Below are positions 1 through 10,619 of a stretch of 64,000 bases of DNA, in pieces (the first letter of the stretch is position 1; each line of letters begins with the position of its first letter). Made by a program: the position numbers and the translations under genes. The notes beneath the pieces are model-generated. The model was not told the origin of the DNA. It did no database searches and was given only the letters and a program-made list of their open reading frames with translations. The stretch comes from a phage: sequence record OZ336095.1. One strand, 5' to 3'.

Positions 1-1602
1 ATGGACTTAAATGCTGTTAAGCAGAAGCGAGTGGAAGATGTTAGGAAAGTCCTAGCTGGAGAGTTGGGGCTTTCTGATGAAGTAAAAGAAATTATTAAAT
101 CATTCGGTAAAGACCCCTCTAAATTCCTTCCAACTCAAATTCTGACTTTATTAAGATACACACCAGACCAAGTTCGCCTTATCTTTAAATTGATGACTGA
201 TAAGAACTATGTAGCCCCTCAGCCGGGTTCTCAAGAGGTCTTTTTAAATACTAATGCTGACTTGGTACTCTATGGTGGTGCTGCTGGTGCTGGTAAGACT
301 GCTGCATTGTTAATGGACTCTTTAAGATTTATTGAAGACCCTAACTATAATGCTGTGTATTTCCGTCGAAACACAACACAGTTACAAGGTGGTTTATGGC
401 CTGCTGCAAAGAAACTATTTGGTAAGTTTGGTGGGATTCCTCACGAGCAGAAAATGACTATCACATTCCCTTCTGGGGCAACTATCAAGTTTACCTACCT
501 AGAACTTGAAAAGCACGCTGAAGGTCATCAGGGTATTGAATACTCAGCTATTTACTTTGACGAAGGTACACACTTCTCTGCTTCACAGATTTCATACCTA
601 CAAACCCGTCTACGTTCTGGTGCTGAAGGCGATTCATACATGAAGATTTCCATGAACCCAGACAGAGACCACTTTATTTACGATTGGGTAGAGCCATTCT
701 TAGATGAAGAAGGCTACCCAGACCCTGAAAAATGTGGTCGTATTCGTTGGTATGTAATGAACGATGGTGTGATGGTTTCTGATTGGGAGAGAGACAAGAT
801 TCTTGAAATGTTCCCCCTTGAGATTCCTCAAACATACACCTTTATTTCTGGTACGATTGATGATAACCCAATCCTTGACTTCTTAGAGCCTAAGTACCGT
901 GGTAAGTTGGAAAACAACACTCCTGTAAACGTTGCAAGACTTCGTTTCGGTAACTGGAAGGCTCGTGCAGAAGGTTCAAACTATTGGCAAAGACAATGGT
1001 GTGAAATTGTTGATTCACTCCCAGAAGATGTATTTGATGTTAGAGCATGGGACTTAGCAGCAACTTTACCATCTGAGATTAACCCTAATCCAGACTGGAC
1101 AGCAGGTGTTAAGATGGGTAAATCTAAAAAAGACGGTTGCTATTATATCATTGATGTAGTAAGATTTAGAGATAGACCCTCTGGAGTCGAAACACAAATT
1201 AATTTGACTGCTGAAAGTGACGGTAAGCGAACTGGTATTTTTATCCCTCAAGACCCAGGCGCTGCTGGTAAATCCTACGCAACATCCCTCATCAGGAAAC
1301 TTGCCGAGAAAGGTTATCGAGCAAGAGCCAAACCAACAAATAAAGATAAAGTTACCCGCTTTGCGGGATTTTCTGCTGCTTCTGAAGCTGGACTTGTAAA
1401 AGTCTTGAGAGGTAGTTGGAATGAAGCTTACTTTCAAGAACTTGAAGGCTTTTGTGGTGACGGTAAAACTAAAGATGACCAAGTGGATGCTACCAGTGAT
1501 GCTTTCAACAGTCTTAACGAAGTTAAATTATTCAAGCCACCATCAATGGGTGCTCACACAGATTTAGTGAGAGGAAACCCATATGAGGGGCTTAGACGTT
1601 GA
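1..1602 (+). CDS. terminase large subunit (ORF begins at window edge; 5' end may be incomplete)
   Basis: 533-aa ORF with Walker A-like 'LYGGAAGAGKTAAL' near N-terminus; lies directly upstream of portal-sized ORF and head genes. Confidence 0.8.
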   Translation: MDLNAVKQKRVEDVRKVLAGELGLSDEVKEIIKSFGKDPSKFLPTQILTLLRYTPDQVRLIFKLMTDKNYVAPQPGSQEVFLNTNADLVLYGGAAGAGKTAALLMDSLRFIEDPNYNAVYFRRNTTQLQGGLWPAAKKLFGKFGGIPHEQKMTITFPSGATIKFTYLELEKHAEGHQGIEYSAIYFDEGTHFSASQISYLQTRLRSGAEGDSYMKISMNPDRDHFIYDWVEPFLDEEGYPDPEKCGRIRWYVMNDGVMVSDWERDKILEMFPLEIPQTYTFISGTIDDNPILDFLEPKYRGKLENNTPVNVARLRFGNWKARAEGSNYWQRQWCEIVDSLPEDVFDVRAWDLAATLPSEINPNPDWTAGVKMGKSKKDGCYYIIDVVRFRDRPSGVETQINLTAESDGKRTGIFIPQDPGAAGKSYATSLIRKLAEKGYRARAKPTNKDKVTRFAGFSAASEAGLVKVLRGSWNEAYFQELEGFCGDGKTKDDQVDATSDAFNSLNEVKLFKPPSMGAHTDLVRGNPYEGLRR

Positions 1603-1618
1603 TAGCTAGGTGAGAAGA

Positions 1619-3085
1619 ATGGCAGATATTACAGAAACACAAGAAAGCTTACCACCATTTAGAATGGGTGAAGTAGGTTCTTTGGGTCTGAAGGTTAAGA
1701 ATGGAAGAATCTATGAAGAACCTCGTCAGGCACTAAGGTTCCCTGAAAGTATTAAAACTTTCCAATTAATGATGCGTGACCCTGCTGTAGCAGCATCTGT
1801 AAATATTATTAAGATGTTTGTCAGAAAAGTCAACTGGAGATTCGTACCTCCAAAGGGAAAAGAGCAAGACCCTAAAATGCTTGAAAGAGCAGACTTCTTT
1901 AATTCTTTAATGGATGACATGGAGCATGATTGGGCAGATTTTATTAATTCTGTAATGTCATTCTGCACTTATGGGTTCTGTGTTAACGAGAAAGTTTATA
2001 AGAAGCGACAGGGTAAAAAAGGAAAGTACCAGTCAAAATTTGATGATGGTCTAATTGGATGGGCTAAATTACCAATCAGAAACCAATCAACACTTGATAA
2101 GTGGTATTTTGACGAAGACTTTAGAAAAGTTACTGGTGTTAGACAGAATCTGAGAAATGTTTCACATATTGCTGGAGCAATTAATCTCGGAGAAAGGCCA
2201 CTAACAAGAAAACTTCCACGAGCTAAATTCATGCTGTTTAAGTATGATGATGAATATGGAAACCCAGAAGGTCGTTCACCATTACTTAATGCCTATGTAC
2301 CGTGGAAGTATAAAGTTCAGATTGAAGAGTACGAAGCCGTTGGTGTTTCAAGAGACTTGGTAGGTATGCCAAAGATTGGTTTACCACCAGATTATCTGGA
2401 TGAAAATGCAGAACCTGAAAAGAAAGCTTTCGTACAATACTGCAAAACTGTTGTTAACGATATGATTGCTAATGATAGAGCAGGTTTAATCTGGCCTAGA
2501 TATATCGACCCAGATACTAAAGAGGATATTTTCGAGTTCTCATTAGTTTCTAGACAGGGTGCTAAAGCATACGATACAGGTTCTATTATTGACAGATATT
2601 CCAAGCAGATTATGATGGCATTTATGTCAGATGTTCTTGCTATGGGTCAGTCAAAATATGGTTCATTCTCTCTTGCAGATTCTAAGACAAGCTTACTAGC
2701 AATGTCGGTAGATATCCTGCTGAAGCAAATTAAGAACGTAATTAACCGTGATTTAGTTGCACAGACTTATGCTCTTAATATGTGGGACGATGAAGAACAT
2801 GTACAAATCACATATGATGATATCGAAACTCCAGACCTTGAAGCAATTGGTTCTTATATCCAGAAGACTGTTGCAGTAGGTGCTTTGGAAGTTGACAAAG
2901 AGCTATCTAACAAGCTTAGAGAGCATATTGGTCTTCCTCCTGCTGATGAGTCTCAACCAGTATCTGAAAAGCTTTCTCCAAATAGCCAAAGCCGCTCAGG
3001 AGATGGTTATAAGACCGCTGGAGAAGGTACTGCAAAGACACCTTCAGCGAAAGACCCAAGCACAGCAAATAAGGCAAATAAATAA
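1619..3085 (+). CDS. portal protein (putative)
   Basis: 489 aa from ATG 1619 (track start 1610 is GTG; ATG 1619 is preceded by GGTGAG); position between terminase and protease/scaffold; synteny call, no motif recognised. Confidence 0.55.
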   Translation: MADITETQESLPPFRMGEVGSLGLKVKNGRIYEEPRQALRFPESIKTFQLMMRDPAVAASVNIIKMFVRKVNWRFVPPKGKEQDPKMLERADFFNSLMDDMEHDWADFINSVMSFCTYGFCVNEKVYKKRQGKKGKYQSKFDDGLIGWAKLPIRNQSTLDKWYFDEDFRKVTGVRQNLRNVSHIAGAINLGERPLTRKLPRAKFMLFKYDDEYGNPEGRSPLLNAYVPWKYKVQIEEYEAVGVSRDLVGMPKIGLPPDYLDENAEPEKKAFVQYCKTVVNDMIANDRAGLIWPRYIDPDTKEDIFEFSLVSRQGAKAYDTGSIIDRYSKQIMMAFMSDVLAMGQSKYGSFSLADSKTSLLAMSVDILLKQIKNVINRDLVAQTYALNMWDDEEHVQITYDDIETPDLEAIGSYIQKTVAVGALEVDKELSNKLREHIGLPPADESQPVSEKLSPNSQSRSGDGYKTAGEGTAKTPSAKDPSTANKANK

Positions 3086-3585
3086 TGGCTGAAGTTATCT
3101 CTATTTCAAATGCTACACGAGTGCATTCGTATAGAGGTGTTCTTATTATCACTGACAAATTATCTGTAGAGGCTGGCTCAAGGGTCAGCCTTTCAGGTTA
3201 TGTAAGTGATGGTGGAACCTCTGACGTTTTCACTATTTGCAGGTTACTTGATGCACCAATGAGTGGAAAACCGTTTATTTTAGGAAATTGTAGTGAAATT
3301 GTTAAAATTCCATTTGACAGTTCATGCCTTTTGGGTGTAAAGTTATATAACTGCGAGAATAAACGTATCAATGTTAATAGCATTGAAGCCGCTTTCATTA
3401 CCCTCGACACTGCATTTCAATCTCCAATGACAGTTAATAAAGAAACAAACAGACTTGAATACATTTTTTCACAAAATGATTACAAAGTACTTGTCAAAGG
3501 CAAAGTATATGATATGATTGTAAATGTGGTAGATGAATCTGGTAACCATTCAACAGTCCTTAAACAAAAAGTAAGGTTTAATTAA
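3085..3585 (+). CDS. hypothetical head-module protein
   Basis: 166-aa ORF, ATG overlaps portal stop (TAATG coupling); no recognisable motif. Confidence 0.4.
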   Translation: MAEVISISNATRVHSYRGVLIITDKLSVEAGSRVSLSGYVSDGGTSDVFTICRLLDAPMSGKPFILGNCSEIVKIPFDSSCLLGVKLYNCENKRINVNSIEAAFITLDTAFQSPMTVNKETNRLEYIFSQNDYKVLVKGKVYDMIVNVVDESGNHSTVLKQKVRFN

Positions 3586-3917
3586 TGGGAACATTAACTA
3601 TTGATGGTAAGAATAAAATCCTCGCCACGCTAACCCCAACGACTATTATTTTACACAATGTAGACCCAACGGCAGACCCTACAGCAAATAAGGTTACTCA
3701 GCCAGTGGCTATTTATTTTTCTGAACCGGATAATGGCTTAATTGCCTCAGAAGATACAGTTAATATTACTGTTCCAGCTTCTGCAACGGTCTCACACTAT
3801 AGCTTGTGGGATGCTAACGATAAATGCGTGGCAACTGGTGCTCTTAGCAAACCTCAATTCTTTGCTGAAGAAGGTATCTATGTTATCTCTTCAGTCTCTG
3901 TAGATTTAAACAAATAG
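3585..3917 (+). CDS. hypothetical head-module protein
   Basis: 110-aa ORF translationally coupled to upstream ORF (TAATG). Confidence 0.4.
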   Translation: MGTLTIDGKNKILATLTPTTIILHNVDPTADPTANKVTQPVAIYFSEPDNGLIASEDTVNITVPASATVSHYSLWDANDKCVATGALSKPQFFAEEGIYVISSVSVDLNK

Positions 3918-3928
3918 GGTGAGTAAAA

Positions 3929-5275
3929 ATGAGTTCGAATATCTTCAGACTTGCTGATAGATTATTCAACCAACCTTTACTAGCCACTGAATCATTAGCT
4001 CACTCAGCAGCAACTTATGTGAATAACAGATTGCTGGGTGATGTCCAAGCAGCAGTAAACTTTGATAAACCCAAAGGTGAAGCAAGAAGTCTTTTAAAAG
4101 TAAAAGATGACATTGCTATTATCCCTATTATGGGTGGTTTAACCCATCGTATGACATTCATTGATGCAATGTGTACAGGTGGACTAAGCTCTTATGAAGG
4201 TTTGCGTAGAGGCTTTGACGAAGCTTTAGCAGATGAGTCAATTAAGACTATTGTTCTGCACATTGATTCTGGTGGTGGTGAAGCTTCAGGTTGCTTTGAA
4301 TTAGCACGTCACATTATGGCTTCAAGAGGCCAAAAGAAAATTATTGCTTATGTAGATGAGTTCGCTTGTTCCGCTGCATACGCTCTTGCATCTTCTGCTG
4401 AAGAAATTATTGCATCACCAGATGCAGATGTTGGTTCTATTGGTGTGATTATGGTTCATCAGGAATTAACTAAGGCATTTGAAAAGAATGGCGTAACAAT
4501 TAACGTCATCAAAGCTGGTGAGTTTAAAGGTATGGGTTCACCATTCCAAGCACTTTCAGAAGAAAGCAAAGAAAGACTTCAAAAGAGAATTAATGATACC
4601 TACGCAACCTTTACAGGTTTTGTAGCTGAATCTCGTAATCTCTCTGAAGAAGCTGTAAAGAATACTGAGGCGAATGTTTATTCTGCTCAGGAAGCTCTTG
4701 AACTTGGTTTAATTAACTCAATCATGTCTCAAGATGATTTCTTAAATTACTTACAAGGTTCTGAAGAGGCTCCTGTAAGTTTAAACGTTAACAATTCAGG
4801 TGAAGAAATGACTGAACAAGAAAAGCAAGAACTAGAAGCTTTGCGTCTTCAGGTTGCTCAAATGAAAGCTAAAGAACAGGAAGCTGCTTTGTCAGATTTG
4901 ACTAATAAGATTTCTGCTTCTGCTGAAGCTTTTGGGTTTGATGCAAAAGAAGCTGCAACGACTATTTTAGGTGCTGGTCTTGATAACCCTCTGAGCGTTC
5001 TGTTTATGAATGCTATGGAAGGTGCTAACCAGAAACTTAATGAAACTATCGCGTCCCATGCTTCTGCAATGGAAGAAAAAGAATCAGAAATTACCAAGCT
5101 GAAAGAAACTGCTGGTGCTGTTCTTGAACATTCTAATGCTATGGAAGAAATGGGTAATGACGGCGAAGCTGATTTGGTTGAAGAAGAAAAAGAACCAGCT
5201 AAGAATGCTTCCGAAGACACCGCTGAACAACGCAAACTGGCTCTCCAGAATGCTCTAAAATCTCTTATCAAATAA
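3929..5275 (+). CDS. prohead protease (S49/ClpP-like) fused to scaffold-like coiled-coil C-terminus
   Basis: N-terminal part has S49-peptidase-like motifs ('HIDSGGGEASG', 'DEFACSAAYALAS', 'IGVIMVHQE'); C-terminal ~170 aa is E/A/K-rich low complexity typical of scaffold; RBS AGGGTGAG. Confidence 0.7.
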   Translation: MSSNIFRLADRLFNQPLLATESLAHSAATYVNNRLLGDVQAAVNFDKPKGEARSLLKVKDDIAIIPIMGGLTHRMTFIDAMCTGGLSSYEGLRRGFDEALADESIKTIVLHIDSGGGEASGCFELARHIMASRGQKKIIAYVDEFACSAAYALASSAEEIIASPDADVGSIGVIMVHQELTKAFEKNGVTINVIKAGEFKGMGSPFQALSEESKERLQKRINDTYATFTGFVAESRNLSEEAVKNTEANVYSAQEALELGLINSIMSQDDFLNYLQGSEEAPVSLNVNNSGEEMTEQEKQELEALRLQVAQMKAKEQEAALSDLTNKISASAEAFGFDAKEAATTILGAGLDNPLSVLFMNAMEGANQKLNETIASHASAMEEKESEITKLKETAGAVLEHSNAMEEMGNDGEADLVEEEKEPAKNASEDTAEQRKLALQNALKSLIK

Positions 5276-5286
5276 GGAACACAATA

Positions 5287-5664
5287 ATGGCATATCAAGG
5301 TTTTACTAAGTTAGGTAACAGAGAACCTCTGAATGATATCATTCTTTGGGAACAGATTACCCCAACAGGCCACTCTCGTAAAGAGTACACTCCACAGGCA
5401 TCTACAGAGTATCGTGTAGGTGAAGTTCTGAAAGCAGATGGTACTAAGGTACAAGCTGGAGAAGAAGCCCAAGCAGACTCTGTATGTATCGTTAATTTCT
5501 ACGCAGACCTGCAACTGTCTTATCATGGTCAGTTGAAAGTAGTAGGTATCCACCGTGATGCAGAACTGAAAGACCTGCTAACTCTTGAATCAAGCGTTGA
5601 TGCTACTGAAGTCAAGAAAGCTCTGGCTGCTAAAGGTATTGATTTCGTACCAACTGGCCTGTAA
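5287..5664 (+). CDS. small capsid-associated protein (decoration/auxiliary, putative)
   Basis: 125 aa immediately upstream of capsid gene; codon usage switches to CTG/CGT-rich 'highly expressed' style. Confidence 0.35.
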   Translation: MAYQGFTKLGNREPLNDIILWEQITPTGHSRKEYTPQASTEYRVGEVLKADGTKVQAGEEAQADSVCIVNFYADLQLSYHGQLKVVGIHRDAELKDLLTLESSVDATEVKKALAAKGIDFVPTGL

Positions 5665-5697
5665 TAACAATAATAAGACATTCTGGAGAATTTTACA

Positions 5698-6807
5698 ATG
5701 TTGACTAATTCTGAAAAAAGCAGATTTTTCCTTGCTGACCTGACTGGTGAAGTCCAGTCTATCCCAAATACTTATGGGTATATTTCCAACTTAGGTCTGT
5801 TCCGTTCAGCACCAATCACCCAAACTACTTTCCTTATGGACTTGACTGATTGGGATGTTAGCTTGCTTGATGCGGTAGACCGTGATAGCCGTAAAGCAGA
5901 GACTAGCGCACCTGAGCGTGTTCGTCAAATCAGCTTCCCAATGATGTACTTCAAAGAAGTTGAAAGCATTACTCCTGATGAGATTCAGGGTGTACGTCAG
6001 CCAGGCACTGCAAACGAACTGACTACTGAAGCTGTAGTACGTGCTAAGAAGCTGATGAAGATTCGTACCAAGTTCGATATTACTCGTGAGTTCTTGTTTA
6101 TGCAAGCTCTGAAGGGTAAAGTTGTTGATGCTCGTGGTACTCTGTATGCTGACCTGTACAAGCAGTTCGACGTTGAGAAGAAGACTGTTTACTTCGACCT
6201 TGACAACCCTAATGCTGACATTGACGCTTCTATTGAAGAACTGCGTATGCACATGGAAGACGAAGCTAAGACTGGCACTGTAATCAACGGTGAAGAAATT
6301 CACGTAGTTGTTGACCGTGTATTCTTCAGCAAACTGGTTAAGCATCCTAAGATTCGTGACGCTTATCTTGCACAGCAGACTCCACTGGCTTGGCAACAGA
6401 TTACTGGTTCTCTGAGAACTGGTGGTACTGACGGCGTTCAGGCTCATATGAACACCTTCTACTACGGTGGTGTTAAGTTTGTCCAGTACAACGGTAAGTT
6501 CAAAGACAAGCGTGGTAAAGTTCACACTCTGGTTAGCATTGATGGTGTTACTCAGGATGGAACTGTAGGTGTAGGACATGCTTTCCCTAACGTTTCTATG
6601 CTGGGTGAAGCAAACAACATCTTCGAAGTGGCATATGGCCCATGTCCTAAGATGGGTTATGCGAATACACTTGGTCAGGAACTATACGTATTCGAATACG
6701 AAAAAGACCGTGACGAAGGTATCGACTTTGAAGCTCACTCTTACATGCTGCCATACTGTACTCGTCCTCAGTTGCTGGTAGATGTTCGTTCTGACGCTAA
6801 AGACTAA
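5698..6807 (+). CDS. major capsid protein (putative)
   Basis: 369 aa; downstream of protease/scaffold; strong codon bias (CTG, CGT, GAC) unlike neighbours; synteny. Confidence 0.6.
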   Translation: MLTNSEKSRFFLADLTGEVQSIPNTYGYISNLGLFRSAPITQTTFLMDLTDWDVSLLDAVDRDSRKAETSAPERVRQISFPMMYFKEVESITPDEIQGVRQPGTANELTTEAVVRAKKLMKIRTKFDITREFLFMQALKGKVVDARGTLYADLYKQFDVEKKTVYFDLDNPNADIDASIEELRMHMEDEAKTGTVINGEEIHVVVDRVFFSKLVKHPKIRDAYLAQQTPLAWQQITGSLRTGGTDGVQAHMNTFYYGGVKFVQYNGKFKDKRGKVHTLVSIDGVTQDGTVGVGHAFPNVSMLGEANNIFEVAYGPCPKMGYANTLGQELYVFEYEKDRDEGIDFEAHSYMLPYCTRPQLLVDVRSDAKD

Positions 6808-6828
6808 TATTCTTAAGGAGGGTTATGA

Positions 6829-7278
6829 ATGTGTTATACAGGCGACCCAGCCAATAACCCTCTTGATAGAGTAAGAATCCTCTGCACAGACACCAATAAT
6901 GACGAAATTCTTATTGAACAGTCTGTGCTAGAGTGGTTCTATCTAGAATCTGGAAAGGATGAAAAGAAAGCAGCCATCAAAGCTCTTAAATATTTACTCT
7001 TTCAAGTAGCCAAGATGGGAGATGAGAAGGTTGGTGGTGTTTATTTACGTAACTCTTCCAGATTCAAATCTCTGAAAGCTGTTTATGATGACCTTGTTAA
7101 AAGCTCTGTTTCAGGACTACCCTATGCAGGTGGTATTAATCAGTGTGATATTGACATGCGTCGTCAGAATCCTTGCTCTGTCAAGAAATACACAGAATAT
7201 GGTGATGCTGCCAGATACGAAGGCAGAGATTACTGCAACCGTGTTAATGGCGTATTTATTATCGAGCGAGATGAATAA
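6829..7278 (+). CDS. head completion / head-tail connector protein (putative)
   Basis: 149-aa ORF with strong RBS AAGGAGG; position between capsid and tail genes. Confidence 0.35.
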   Translation: MCYTGDPANNPLDRVRILCTDTNNDEILIEQSVLEWFYLESGKDEKKAAIKALKYLLFQVAKMGDEKVGGVYLRNSSRFKSLKAVYDDLVKSSVSGLPYAGGINQCDIDMRRQNPCSVKKYTEYGDAARYEGRDYCNRVNGVFIIERDE

Positions 7279-7760
7279 TGGTTAAAAGGGTTATTCACCC
7301 CGCTAGAGCAAAATTAGTCGGGGCTATGAAGAACTTGCAAACGGCTAATGCTCAAGTTGGGTATTTTCAAGAACAAGGTCAACATAGCTCTGGTTTTTCT
7401 TACCCTGCTTTAATGTATTTACAAGAAGTTATTGGGGTTCCTTCAGCTTCTGGTAAAGTATATCGTAGGTTGTTTGAAATCACTATGATGCTAAACAGAC
7501 AGACCTTGTTAGAGCAGACTAAGAAGAATCTATATAAGCAACTTAGCAGTCTCAACGTAGACCCTTCAGATACCTTAGAAGCATTTGCAAAGAATGCTCA
7601 AAAGGCAATTAAAAGAGGTTTTGGTAATTCTGCTATCCTCCCTCCTAACGCACCTTCCACAGTCAAGAAAAAAGGCTTTAATGCACCTCTTGTTGAGACA
7701 GGTGACTTAAGGGATAACCTTGCTTATAAAATTTCTACTAAGAAGGGTATTAAAAAATGA
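7278..7760 (+). CDS. head-tail joining protein (putative)
   Basis: 160-aa ORF, ATG overlaps upstream stop; synteny only. Confidence 0.35.
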   Translation: MVKRVIHPARAKLVGAMKNLQTANAQVGYFQEQGQHSSGFSYPALMYLQEVIGVPSASGKVYRRLFEITMMLNRQTLLEQTKKNLYKQLSSLNVDPSDTLEAFAKNAQKAIKRGFGNSAILPPNAPSTVKKKGFNAPLVETGDLRDNLAYKISTKKGIKK

Positions 7761-8158
7761 GGCTCTTAAACAGACACAGCTTTGTAGTAAAGCGTAAAGT
7801 CTCTGAAGACGGTTATTATAATGATGATGGTGATTGGGTAGCTTCACAAGATATTGTAGAGGTTAACTGTAAAGGTAATATCCAGCCATATATCAAAGGT
7901 TCTGTAAAGAATGGTACACAGATTGCTTTACCGGAAGGTATTAGACTAACCGATACAAGAATCCTGTATACTACATATAAACTTAGAACTTCAGATGATG
8001 TAGAGTGGAATGAGTCTGATATTGTTATGATTGATGGTCATGAGTATGAAGTATTTATGACTATGGATTGGTCACAGCAATTAGCCCATACGTCCCATTA
8101 TGAATATATCATTATTAGAAGGGATAAAATGAATGCAGTTAGAAACAGCGGAACTTGA
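7757..8158 (+). CDS. head-tail joining protein (putative)
   Basis: 133-aa ORF, ATGA overlap with upstream gene; synteny only. Confidence 0.35.
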   Translation: MRLLNRHSFVVKRKVSEDGYYNDDGDWVASQDIVEVNCKGNIQPYIKGSVKNGTQIALPEGIRLTDTRILYTTYKLRTSDDVEWNESDIVMIDGHEYEVFMTMDWSQQLAHTSHYEYIIIRRDKMNAVRNSGT

Positions 8159-8732
8159 AAAAGGTCTAGTTAGAACCTTAGTGGATGTTATTGGTCACAG
8201 ATTAGCTCGTGATAAAAATAATAGACCAAACGTAATTAGAGCTTACCCTTCTGATAACTCAAATGACAAAGGTTTAAAACCTGACCAGCCATTTATTACC
8301 GTATATTGTCAAGATGCTGCAACACCTTATGGTTGGGTTCTTGATAAATTTGTTGAAGATGATGTAGTTTGTTACAGAATTGCTTTTCAGATTCCTGTAT
8401 TGATTACGGTAAATGGTAAAGGTGCTCACAGTATTATGCTTGAGCTTAAACAAAGATTAGAGATGAGTTCAGTCAGAGATTTAATCCTTGAAGAGACAGG
8501 AGCTACAGTATTAGACACTGGAGCAATCCCTAATGACTACACTTATCTCAATACAGATTTCGAAAATTCTGCGCCTCTTGTTGTAACTCTTGTAAAAAAC
8601 TCAGTCCTGAAAGATGAACGTGGAAGTATTATTGAGCGTGTCATTGTTGATGGTGAGTTGGTTTATGAAGAAGGGCAAGAGCCACCAGAATATACTATCC
8701 ATCTAGATGTAGACTCCAAAGGGGTAAAATAA
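8133..8732 (+). CDS. tail completion / neck protein (putative)
   Basis: 199-aa ORF overlapping upstream gene by 26 nt; synteny only. Confidence 0.35.
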   Translation: MQLETAELEKGLVRTLVDVIGHRLARDKNNRPNVIRAYPSDNSNDKGLKPDQPFITVYCQDAATPYGWVLDKFVEDDVVCYRIAFQIPVLITVNGKGAHSIMLELKQRLEMSSVRDLILEETGATVLDTGAIPNDYTYLNTDFENSAPLVVTLVKNSVLKDERGSIIERVIVDGELVYEEGQEPPEYTIHLDVDSKGVK

Positions 8733-10085
8733 ATGTGGAATCCAATTGTTAATGTAGATATTACATTGAACACCGCAGGAACTACAAGAGAAGGTTTTGG
8801 TTTGCCACTATTCTTAGCTTCAACAGATAACTTTGAAGAAAGAGTGCGTGGTTACACTTCCTTAACTGAAGTTGCTGAAGATTTCGATGAGAATACTGCT
8901 GCATATAAGGCTGCTAAACAACTTTGGAGTCAGACTCCTAAAGTAACTCAGCTTTATATTGGTAGACGCGCTATGCAGTACACTGTATCAATTCCTGATG
9001 AGGTTACTGAGAGTACGGACTACTCAATTACTGTAGCTGTCGGTGGAGGAATGTCACAACCATTCCAGTACACCTCTCAATCTGAAGATACTGCCGAGAA
9101 GGTATTACAACAGTTTAAAACACAGATTGAAGCTGACCAATCAATTAAAGATAAAGTATCAGTCAATGTTACTGGTAGCAACGGTTCTGCCACAATGGTC
9201 ATCTCCAAAGCTGGTGACAATGATTTCGTGAAGGTAACCACTACAGCACAAACTGTATCTGTTGCAAGCACAACTGCTGATACAGCGTCAACTGCTCTGG
9301 CAGCTATTGAAGCTTATTCTACCGACTGGTATTTCATTGCAGCAGAAGACAGAACTCAACAGTTTGTCTTAGCAATGGCTTCTGAGATTCAGGCTCGTAA
9401 GAAAATCTTCTTCACAGCTAACTCTGATGTAGCAGCACTACAAGGTACAGAATTAAACAGTGCAAATGATGTTCCAGCACAGCTTGCTAAGAGTATGTAT
9501 ACTCGCACAGTTTGCTTGTGGCATCACACAGCGGCAGAAGATTATCCAGAGATGGCATATATTGCTTATGGTGCTCCATACGATGCAGGGTCAATTGCTT
9601 GGGGTAATGCTCAGTTGACTGGTGTAGCTGCTTCTTTACAGCCAGCTAATAAGAGACCTCTGACAAGCATTCAGAAGTCAGCTTTAGATGCACGTCACTG
9701 TAACTTTATCGACCTTGATGGTGGTGTTCCAGTGGTTCGTAGAGGGATTACTTCTGGTGGGGAATGGATTGATATCGTCCGTGGTGTTGACTGGTTAGAA
9801 TCAGACCTGAAAACTTCTCTGAGAGACTTGCTAATTAACCAGAAGGGTGGTAAGATTACTTATGATGATACTGGCATTACCCGTATTCGTCAAGTCATTG
9901 AAACCTCTCTGCAAAGAGCAGTCAACAGAAACTTCCTGTCATCTTACACAGTTAATGTTCCTAAAGCCTCTCAAGTTGCTTTGGCAGACAAGAAAGCTCG
10001 TATCCTGAAAGACGTTACCTTCGCAGGTATCTTAGCAGGGGCTATCTTGGATGTTGACTTGAAAGGTACAGTGGCTTACGAATAA
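8733..10085 (+). CDS. tail sheath protein (putative)
   Basis: 450-aa ORF immediately upstream of tube-sized ORF, chaperone pair and tape measure; synteny. Confidence 0.5.
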   Translation: MWNPIVNVDITLNTAGTTREGFGLPLFLASTDNFEERVRGYTSLTEVAEDFDENTAAYKAAKQLWSQTPKVTQLYIGRRAMQYTVSIPDEVTESTDYSITVAVGGGMSQPFQYTSQSEDTAEKVLQQFKTQIEADQSIKDKVSVNVTGSNGSATMVISKAGDNDFVKVTTTAQTVSVASTTADTASTALAAIEAYSTDWYFIAAEDRTQQFVLAMASEIQARKKIFFTANSDVAALQGTELNSANDVPAQLAKSMYTRTVCLWHHTAAEDYPEMAYIAYGAPYDAGSIAWGNAQLTGVAASLQPANKRPLTSIQKSALDARHCNFIDLDGGVPVVRRGITSGGEWIDIVRGVDWLESDLKTSLRDLLINQKGGKITYDDTGITRIRQVIETSLQRAVNRNFLSSYTVNVPKASQVALADKKARILKDVTFAGILAGAILDVDLKGTVAYE

Positions 10086-10100
10086 TAGAGGTAAATTGGA

Positions 10101-10547
10101 ATGGCTATGTATCAGCAATATTCCCCTAAAGACGTTGTATGTAGCTGGAATGGTATTGCCATTGAAGGCTTTGCCCCAGACTCATTTTTACGTCTACAGA
10201 GAACATCACCACTTATCACACCAGTTGTAGGTGCAGGTGGTCAGGTTGCTCTGACAAGAAATGCAGACAAGACAGGTACTATTGAGATTGAGCTAATGCA
10301 GACTTCTCTCTCTAATCAGATGCTTTCTGCAATTCAAGCTAAACAAGACAATATGGAACTTGAAGAAGATATCTCTTCTAACTTCGTAATCTACGACCCA
10401 TCAGGCTCTGTTCTGGCAACTGGTATTAATGCTTGGTTGCAGGAACTACCACAGATTGAACTTGGTCGTGACCAGAACTCTAAAACTTGGATTTTTGGTT
10501 GTGAGAAGCTAGACTACACTTCAACAATTCCAGCGTCAAGTGTTTAA
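10101..10547 (+). CDS. tail tube protein (putative)
   Basis: 148 aa; followed by strong terminator and G/T chaperone pair. Confidence 0.5.
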   Translation: MAMYQQYSPKDVVCSWNGIAIEGFAPDSFLRLQRTSPLITPVVGAGGQVALTRNADKTGTIEIELMQTSLSNQMLSAIQAKQDNMELEEDISSNFVIYDPSGSVLATGINAWLQELPQIELGRDQNSKTWIFGCEKLDYTSTIPASSV

Positions 10548-10560
10548 TAAATCCTATAAG

Positions 10561-10592
10561 GGGGAGACTTTAAAAGGTCTTCCCCTTTTTTG
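10561..10592 (+). terminator. intrinsic terminator after tail tube gene
   Basis: GC-rich hairpin GGGGAGAC...GTCTTCCCC followed by TTTTTTG. Confidence 0.6.
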
Positions 10593-10619
10593 TTTCTTTT
10601 AAAGTATTAAGGAATCACA

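Noticed and set aside
1066-1482. Antisense and alternative-frame ORFs inside terminase and portal genes (1066-1482, 1217-1399, 1726-1968, 1996-2232, 2392-2604)
   Set aside because: Fully nested within well-supported longer genes, without RBS or start context.
5806-6579. 257-aa ORF on the - strand inside the major capsid gene
   Set aside because: Antisense to a strongly codon-biased structural gene; composition is Ser/Asn/Leu-rich low complexity with no RBS context. Treated as an ORF-finder artefact.
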